The notes under the pieces are model-generated. The model was given only the letters and a program-made list of their open reading frames with translations, made no database searches and was not told where the DNA came from. A stretch of DNA of 63,886 bases, the filler included, from Nanobdellota archaeon (lineage in GTDB: Archaea; Nanobdellota; Nanobdellia; Woesearchaeales; CAZZGN01): the NCBI GenBank assembly GCA_051819665.1. It is 4 parts of 4 records of this genome, joined end to end, with 100 filler letters (N's around TTAATTAATTAA, not from the genome) between each part and the next. Parts side by side here need not be neighbours in the genome. Positions count along the whole stretch, not along the records: positions 56,370 to 63,886 come from JBNJDG010000045.1; 3 more parts are not named here. One strand, given 5' to 3'. Both the position numbers and the translations under genes were made by a program. Shown here in pieces: positions 57,966 through 63,886 of the stretch; position 1 is the stretch's first letter, and each line of letters starts with the position of its first letter.

Positions 57966-58372
57966 ATGGGAAAAAGACCGAAGATAGGAGTAGGAGTTAT
58001 TGTGAAAAGAGACGGGAAGGTCCTTCTCGGTAAAAGGAAGAACTCTCATGGAGACAGCACATGGAATTTTCCCGGAGGACATCTTGAATTTGATGAAGAC
58101 ATAAAGGAATGCGGCAGAAGAGAGACTTTTGAAGAGACAGGTATTAAGATAAAAAACGTGGAAGAGAAGACTTTCACAAACGATATATTTGAGAAAGAAG
58201 GTAAGCATTACGTAACTTTGTTCTTAGAAGCTGATCATGACCAGGCGAGGCAAAAGTAAGAGAACCCGATAAATGCGAAAGTTGGCAATGGTTCGAATGG
58301 AAAGACTAACCAGAACCTTTATTCCTACCTATACAGAACCTTCAGAATAAAGGATACAGACCATTCATATAA
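57966..58372 (+). pseudogene. NUDIX hydrolase (NUDT15-like) pseudogene
   Basis: Nudix box PGGHLEFDE...RETFEETG; frameshift near 58240, then GEAKVREPDKCESWQWFEWKD*PEPLFLPIQNL with an internal stop. Confidence 0.8.
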
Positions 58373-58443
58373 CAGAGAACACAAAAGATAAATATATGAG
58401 ATACAATATATTACACAAATAAAAATCCTTCAGGTGATGAATA

Positions 58444-58881
58444 ATGAGAAAAACCATGCTTATCCCGCTCATACTGGTCCTTATACTATTGGCCGGATGC
58501 GGAACTCTATACGGAGAGAAGATCCACGAAGAGAAGAAAGATTACAGCAAAGAGACCACTTTTAGGTTCAATCTGGAGGAAGATCGTAACCCCCATAACA
58601 TAAACTTAGATATCTCATACAAAGAAACCAGGAACAGGATACAGGGAGAATTCAGGACAGAGTTAACATTCCCTGACGGACAGAAACAAAGGAGTTCTTT
58701 TGATATCCTTAATAAGGATAAAGAAACCACCATATCTGTTCATAAGGAACTTAATCTTTTCAAGATAACTCCAGAAGCAGGAGAATATACGCTTAAAATA
58801 ACTGAAAAAAAGGGTTCAAACATAGAAGGGAAAAGCCTGACAGCCAAAGTCTACAGGGAAGAGAAAGAAGAAACAGAATGA
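58444..58881 (+). CDS. Putative lipoprotein
   Basis: Lipobox LLAGC; SD AGGTGA. Confidence 0.75.
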   Translation: MRKTMLIPLILVLILLAGCGTLYGEKIHEEKKDYSKETTFRFNLEEDRNPHNINLDISYKETRNRIQGEFRTELTFPDGQKQRSSFDILNKDKETTISVHKELNLFKITPEAGEYTLKITEKKGSNIEGKSLTAKVYREEKEETE

Positions 58882-58882
58882 A

Positions 58883-59113
58883 TCATTCTTTACGGAAGAA
58901 TAGGAAGTAGAATGCAATCACCAGCCAGAAAGCGTTGAGTATTATGAACACTATATCATCATTCAGGAACGCATAAACAAGAAGGATTAAAGCCCCGAAC
59001 AGGTTCAGCAGGTTATAGACCCTGCCGCCTCTCTTTATCTTATTGAAATCCTCAAGGACAAAAGCGGATAATATTCCAGACATGCCCAATAGTCCGATTA
59101 TTGTCAACCACAT
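58883..59113 (-). CDS. Small membrane protein (CBU_0592-like)
   Basis: Three hydrophobic segments, YNLLNLFGA...LNAFW. Confidence 0.7.
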   Translation of the reverse strand: MWLTIIGLLGMSGILSAFVLEDFNKIKRGGRVYNLLNLFGALILLVYAFLNDDIVFIILNAFWLVIAFYFLFFRKE

Positions 59114-60030
59114 TTTCTTATCCTCGCTACAAAGAACCCTTCCGTATCATTATCCTGAGGCCAGATCCTCAAACAATTCTTGACCTGCCCATTAAGACCT
59201 TTACCATTGAATTCGGTGAAAGGCTCGCTCCTCTTCATATTGATCTCTATCGGCTCCACCTCTGCATCATCATGCTTATCAAGCAAAGCAGAGATAACGG
59301 CCTCGTTCTCCTCCGGCTCGACACTGCAGGTAGAATAAACGAGAGTCCCTCCTGGCTTAAGCACCTCATAAGCTGAAGTGATAAGATTCACCTGCTCTTT
59401 CGCCAGTTTCTTCGTCATATTCTCGTTCCACATATCAAGTGTCTTCAATGATTTCCTGATCGTCCCTGTACCTGAACATGGAGCATCCACAAGAACCTTA
59501 TCAAAAACCATTCCTGCTTTCTTGAATTGATGGCCCCTCATAAGGGTCATTACACAATTAGTTATACCTGTCCTTTGGACATTTAACGCAAGGGGCCTCA
59601 TCCTTAAAGCCTTATAATCATTAGAGACAAGAAGACCCTCCCCTTTCATATACTGGGCTATCTGTGTCGTCTTCGAACCAGGAGATGCACACATGTCAAG
59701 AACCTTCTCACCAGGCTTCGGATCGAGAATTATAGGAGGTATCATGCTCGCCGGCTCCTGGACATAGATATAGCCCAGAGAATGCTCATCCAGATTACCT
59801 ACATCCTTCCTGCCCTTATCGTTCTTTATCCAGAAACCCTCATCTGTCCAGGGTATCGGTTCAAGGACCCAGCCATCAGGAAGCCTTTCCTTAAGGGCCC
59901 CGACAGAGATCTTGAGTGTATTAACCCTTATTGCTCTCCTTAGGGGGCTTAAACAATACCTTATGAACTCATCATAATCAGTCAGCTGTGAGAAATGATC
60001 CTTGAAAGACTGCTTTATCTTTATGTCCAT
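59104..60030 (-). CDS. RsmB/NOL1/NOP2 family RNA m5C methyltransferase
   Basis: VLDMCASPGSKT, VDAPCSGTG, VYSTCS..PEENE, GFFVA. Confidence 0.95.
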   Translation of the reverse strand: MDIKIKQSFKDHFSQLTDYDEFIRYCLSPLRRAIRVNTLKISVGALKERLPDGWVLEPIPWTDEGFWIKNDKGRKDVGNLDEHSLGYIYVQEPASMIPPIILDPKPGEKVLDMCASPGSKTTQIAQYMKGEGLLVSNDYKALRMRPLALNVQRTGITNCVMTLMRGHQFKKAGMVFDKVLVDAPCSGTGTIRKSLKTLDMWNENMTKKLAKEQVNLITSAYEVLKPGGTLVYSTCSVEPEENEAVISALLDKHDDAEVEPIEINMKRSEPFTEFNGKGLNGQVKNCLRIWPQDNDTEGFFVARIRKCG

Positions 60031-60077
60031 AATGAAAGGGTCATCAGTTCATTTATATGTTTTTTGAAAACTGTTGT

Positions 60078-60884
60078 TCATTCAGAATACATCTCTTCTC
60101 TATGAAAGACAGGCAGCTCAATCTTGGGCAGAGAATAATCTTCTCTCTTTCTCGTGAGCTCATGGCTCCCAAAATATCTCTCTGTTATACTCTTCCAGAG
60201 ATCATACTGATAAAGACCTGAATTCTCCTTTATGCTCTCGTTTGTATGGGACCTTGAATTCTCAAGAGCTCTTGTCATGTTTATTTCTGGAATCCTGGAA
60301 AAGAAAGGATTATCCTCAAGTCTCTGAAGAAGAGGAAATCTCTCAAACAGCCCATTAATCGTTCCAGGGTAATGCCTCACTGGCTCCATGAAAGCGTTAT
60401 TGCCGGCCAGAAACTCATGATAAGCCTCACAGAATCCATCCACCTTATCGATGAAAGAATTTATCTGTGAGGAGATATCGTCCTTCTCAAATCCCATCAT
60501 CTGGAGCTCCTCATACTTATACCCCGAACCATCGAGCTGTTCGGGATAAATTTCTGAAAGTTCCTTTATGGACTTCAGCTCTTCCATATCATGGATATTC
60601 TTCTCTATCCTGCTCATCGATCTCTTACTGGAATGAGGGATATCACCATCAATCATCTCATGATCATCATGAGCCAGGGCAGCATAGAAACCCTTATTAT
60701 TATCAACCTCCGGAAAAACCGAGCTTATATGTGGAGAGAGATGATACCTCATCAATGCAGTACGATAAGAATGTATGAGATCATCCGTACGATAGAACAT
60801 CACATCGATCTTCCTGAATCTCTTTATCCCCGAAAGAGCCTCCTCCCTGCCATCAAATCCCCTGAAGATATTAGAGGTATCCAT
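60078..60884 (-). CDS. HD-domain protein, YfbR/5'-deoxynucleotidase-like
   Basis: L.GIKRF, HSYR, ALAHDDHEMIDGDIP, DKVDG. Confidence 0.78.
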   Translation of the reverse strand: MDTSNIFRGFDGREEALSGIKRFRKIDVMFYRTDDLIHSYRTALMRYHLSPHISSVFPEVDNNKGFYAALAHDDHEMIDGDIPHSSKRSMSRIEKNIHDMEELKSIKELSEIYPEQLDGSGYKYEELQMMGFEKDDISSQINSFIDKVDGFCEAYHEFLAGNNAFMEPVRHYPGTINGLFERFPLLQRLEDNPFFSRIPEINMTRALENSRSHTNESIKENSGLYQYDLWKSITERYFGSHELTRKREDYSLPKIELPVFHREEMYSE

Positions 60885-60920
60885 TATCGGATGGTAGCCA
60901 CTAAGAGATTATAAATTTTC

Positions 60921-62627
60921 TCATAAAGTCTTTGTCATATAAGGGCCTTCAAGCTCATAGCCAAGTTTCCTGTAATATCCCCTCACTCCTACACCGGAAA
61001 TAACGAGAATCTTATCCTTTCCATCTTTTCTTGCTATACTTTCGGCCTTCTCCATGAGTTGTTTCCCATAACCCTTATGCTGTACATCACCTTCCTTACC
61101 AATGGCCACAGATTTACCATACACATGAAGCTCTCTTATCATGGCCGATTTATCAGTGAATTCTTCCCTTGATGCCTTAGAGGGGAATCTCAACCTGCAG
61201 AAACCAAGGATAGCGTCAAGCTTCTTATCATCTATAGAGATGAAGAATTCCTTTCCCCCTGAAGCATCATACTCAATTACATTAATCTCTGGTTCAGGAT
61301 CATGCTCCTTGCCACGAAGAACATGACCTATTTCCCTTGCCCTTATATCTTCCGGCTTTATTCCTTTCTCCTTCATCTCCTCATCAACATACTGCCTCAG
61401 ATTATTCTTCATCACACCAGCTGCAGAAAGCGATGCAGGGATGTCTCTCTGTACCCTCATCACCCTCACATACCTCGGTATGTACCTGAAGACTTCAGCG
61501 ATCAGTTTTGCAGCATATTCCGTATCTATTGGTGTATATTCTCCTCTCTTATACATCTCATAAATTCCAGTATTCTTAAAGACCATCAAAGGATATATCT
61601 TCAACATGTCAGGCCTGTAATCCGGACTTTCAAACAACTCCTTAAAAGAAGCAAGGTCATCCTCATAGCTAACACCGGGCAGGCCGGGCATCATATGGAA
61701 ATTAAGCTTAAACCCTAGGTCTCGTAGTTCCTTCACCGACCTTTTGGTCTCTTCTATACCATGGCCCCTGTTCACCTTCCTAAGCACTGAATCATAAGTG
61801 GTCTGGACACCGAGTTCAAGCCTCGTACAGCCAAGAGAGAGCATCCTGTTCCCGTGCTCAATAAAACCATGATCGGGTTTTGTCTCGATTGTAAGACCTA
61901 TACACCTTATATTGCTCCTCTCATTCCTCTTCTTCTCTTCTTCTAATACAGAGAAGTCAAAGTCCTGTTCTCCTTTCAATCTCAAGAGTTTCTCATTAAT
62001 CCTGTCTATCCTCTCCTTATCGTCCTTATCTCCGGGCAGTTCAAAGAATTCCCTGAACTTGTCTATATCGAACCTATCTTCTTCATAGAATTCCTCTGAA
62101 AAATCGTTCATCGCCTTGAAGGCTGAAGCTATGAATTCTACCTGATATCTTTCCGGAAAAGAGGGGAAAGTACCGCCCATCACGATAAGGTCTATCTTAT
62201 CAGGATTCTGGCCGAGGACGATGTATTGCTCAAGCCTGTTCATGACTGTAAGATATGCATCATAATTGTTCCTCAAAGCTCTCATCGTGGAAGGTTCTCT
62301 GCCTGTGTAGCTCTGGGGCATATCCCCGAAATCACTCTCAACTCCACCCGGACAATAGATGCATTTCCCGTGAGGGCAGCTCATGGGCTTTGTCATAAGA
62401 GCGACTACAGCAACACCGCTTATCGTCCTCGTAGGCTTTGTAAGAAGATGCTTTTCATATCTTTTAGGATCATCTAAGTTAAGGTAGACCTCAATATCCG
62501 TAGGTATATTCTTCAGACCATACTTGCCAGCCAGTCTCACCTTCTTCTTTGATAATCTCTCCTTGTCAGGAGATTCAGAAAGGAATACCTCTAACTCCTT
62601 AAGGAATCCGGGATCAAGTCTTCTCAT
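60921..62627 (-). CDS. elp3: tRNA uridine(34) acetyltransferase Elp3
   Basis: CPHGKCIYCPGG radical SAM motif, GGTF, RELHVYG, QHKGYG, ISGVGVRGYY. Confidence 0.96.
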   Translation of the reverse strand: MRRLDPGFLKELEVFLSESPDKERLSKKKVRLAGKYGLKNIPTDIEVYLNLDDPKRYEKHLLTKPTRTISGVAVVALMTKPMSCPHGKCIYCPGGVESDFGDMPQSYTGREPSTMRALRNNYDAYLTVMNRLEQYIVLGQNPDKIDLIVMGGTFPSFPERYQVEFIASAFKAMNDFSEEFYEEDRFDIDKFREFFELPGDKDDKERIDRINEKLLRLKGEQDFDFSVLEEEKKRNERSNIRCIGLTIETKPDHGFIEHGNRMLSLGCTRLELGVQTTYDSVLRKVNRGHGIEETKRSVKELRDLGFKLNFHMMPGLPGVSYEDDLASFKELFESPDYRPDMLKIYPLMVFKNTGIYEMYKRGEYTPIDTEYAAKLIAEVFRYIPRYVRVMRVQRDIPASLSAAGVMKNNLRQYVDEEMKEKGIKPEDIRAREIGHVLRGKEHDPEPEINVIEYDASGGKEFFISIDDKKLDAILGFCRLRFPSKASREEFTDKSAMIRELHVYGKSVAIGKEGDVQHKGYGKQLMEKAESIARKDGKDKILVISGVGVRGYYRKLGYELEGPYMTKTL

Positions 62628-62747
62628 GGAAAAAGGGAGGAACGAGAGATATATAAAACCAACCCATGGATAAAAGCCACATTATAAGGGTTACATAGAT
62701 TTAAATATAACAGATTAACCGCAAACCGAAAACGGAGGTGATCAAAC

Positions 62748-63886
62748 TTGGATGCCAGTCAATTAATAACATATTTCCCGATAATAATCGTTTTCGCTCT
62801 TTTTGTCTCTTTCCTCGTCTATCTGAAATACAAATGGAGCCTTATTACAAAGATAAACCTGATGATCGTTTATACTGTTATCATAACTGATGGATTGGCA
62901 TTCTATGTATTCACACAACCATACTCATTAAAGCTTATTTTCCTTGTCCTCTTGATTGGAGGTGTCCTTCTGGTAGCCCCACTTGTCTGGTTCGTGAAGA
63001 ACCATATCATCAACAGGGTCTCCAAGATCGAGGAAGGCCTGAAAAGCCTTGAAAAAGGCGATTTCACCTATGAACTCAACAATGACAGCAACGATGAGTT
63101 CGGGAGGATGTCTCAGTCCTTCAATAAGATGGCAGGTAATGTAAGAGAGCTCATCAAGACCACCAAGAAGAACATAGAGACCAATGCTTCAGGAACCGCA
63201 CAGCTCTCATCCTCAGCACAGGAAGTCAATTCCTCCATAGACCAGGTATCTTCTGCGATAAACGAGATGGCAAACGGTGCTCAGAAACTGAGTAAGAACG
63301 CTAACGATGCTACAGAGAAGAGCAAGAAAACAGAAGAAAGCTCAAATAAAGGAGCTGAAGCCGCTAAACAGGTGAATGAGAAGATGGAGGAGATAAGCTC
63401 TTCCACCAAAGAAGGCTCGGACAAGGTGAAAGCTTTAGGGGATAAATCCAAGCAGATCGGTGAGATCGTAGATACTATAAATGACATCTCTGAACAGACA
63501 AACCTACTGGCACTCAACGCAGCTATTGAAGCGGCAAGAGCCGGAGAGTCAGGGAGAGGCTTTGCAGTAGTGGCTGATGAGGTAAGGAAACTGGCTGAAC
63601 AGTCAGGAAAGGCCACAGGCAAGATCTCGGACCTCATCAACAAGATTCAGCAGGAGATAAATGCCTCAGTGGAGAGCATGGACAAGAACACCAAACACGT
63701 GAATGAAGGCATAAACTCTGTCAAGGAAGCAGTGAACGCTTTCGAGGAAATACCCTCACTCGTCGGACAAGTCAATCAGACGATAACGGATATTAGCTCC
63801 GTTGCCGAGGAGAACGCTGCCGAATCTGAAGAAGTTAACTCTTCAATAGATCAGGTGAAAAGCTCCATGGATCAGGTAGCAGAGAC
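62748..63886 (+). CDS. Methyl-accepting chemotaxis protein (TM-HAMP-MA), 3'-truncated; absent from the ORF track
   Basis: SD GGAGGTGA plus TTG; three hydrophobic segments; [55 protein letters not shown]. Confidence 0.93.
   Translation, partial: MDASQLITYFPIIIVFALFVSFLVYLKYKWSLITKINLMIVYTVIITDGLAFYVFTQPYSLKLIFLVLLIGGVLLVAPLVWFVKNHIINRVSKIEEGLKSLEKGDFTYELNNDSNDEFGRMSQSFNKMAGNVRELIKTTKKNIETNASGTAQLSSSAQEVNSSIDQVSSAINEMANGAQKLSKNANDATEKSKKTEESSNKGAEAAKQVNEKMEEISSSTKEGSDKVKALGDKSKQIGEIVDTINDISEQTNLLALNAAIEAARAGESGRGFAVVADEVRKLAEQSGKATGKISDLINKIQQEINASVESMDKNTKHVNEGINSVKEAVNAFEEIPSLVGQVNQTITDISSVAEENAAESEEVNSSIDQVKSSMDQVAE

Noticed and set aside
63281..63643. 120-aa minus-strand ORF
   Set aside because: Antisense shadow of the conserved MCP signalling domain

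Overview
Archaeal DNA, most consistent with a DPANN/Woesearchaeota-type genome (archaeal RadA, RPA, uS2, Elp3, CTP-dependent RibK, RibL, KRGQ-type pilins, TATA boxes, compact overlapping genes); the lineage is inferred from gene content only. The window has four sequence blocks joined by ~100-nt N gaps, each containing an artificial TTAATTAATTAA linker, so synteny across gaps is not guaranteed. Contents: housekeeping genes (truD, adk, rps2, radA, RPA, rtcB fragment, NOL1/NOP2 methylase, elp3); an AT-rich cassette (VAO/PCMH flavoprotein plus LuxI/FeeM-like acyltransferase) converging on a KaiC-KaiC-V4R module; a ~21 kb type IV pilus region with eight class III signal-peptide proteins, one carrying an M23 peptidase domain; a ribL-ribK-DMT flavin salvage cluster; MNT-HEPN modules; a complete A/V-type ATP synthase operon (H-I-K-E-C-F-A-B-D); and a partial methyl-accepting chemotaxis protein. 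Highlights: (1) the proteolipid K/c is one 1100-aa chain of 13 hairpins, 11 retaining the ion-binding Glu, possibly a whole Na+ rotor ring in one gene; (2) a pilin-like M23 peptidoglycan-peptidase fusion; (3) a candidate small-molecule signal synthase beside a V4R/KaiC sensor; (4) a ~260-nt structured rps2 leader with a duplicated hairpin. All calls come from motif recognition; no database searches were run.
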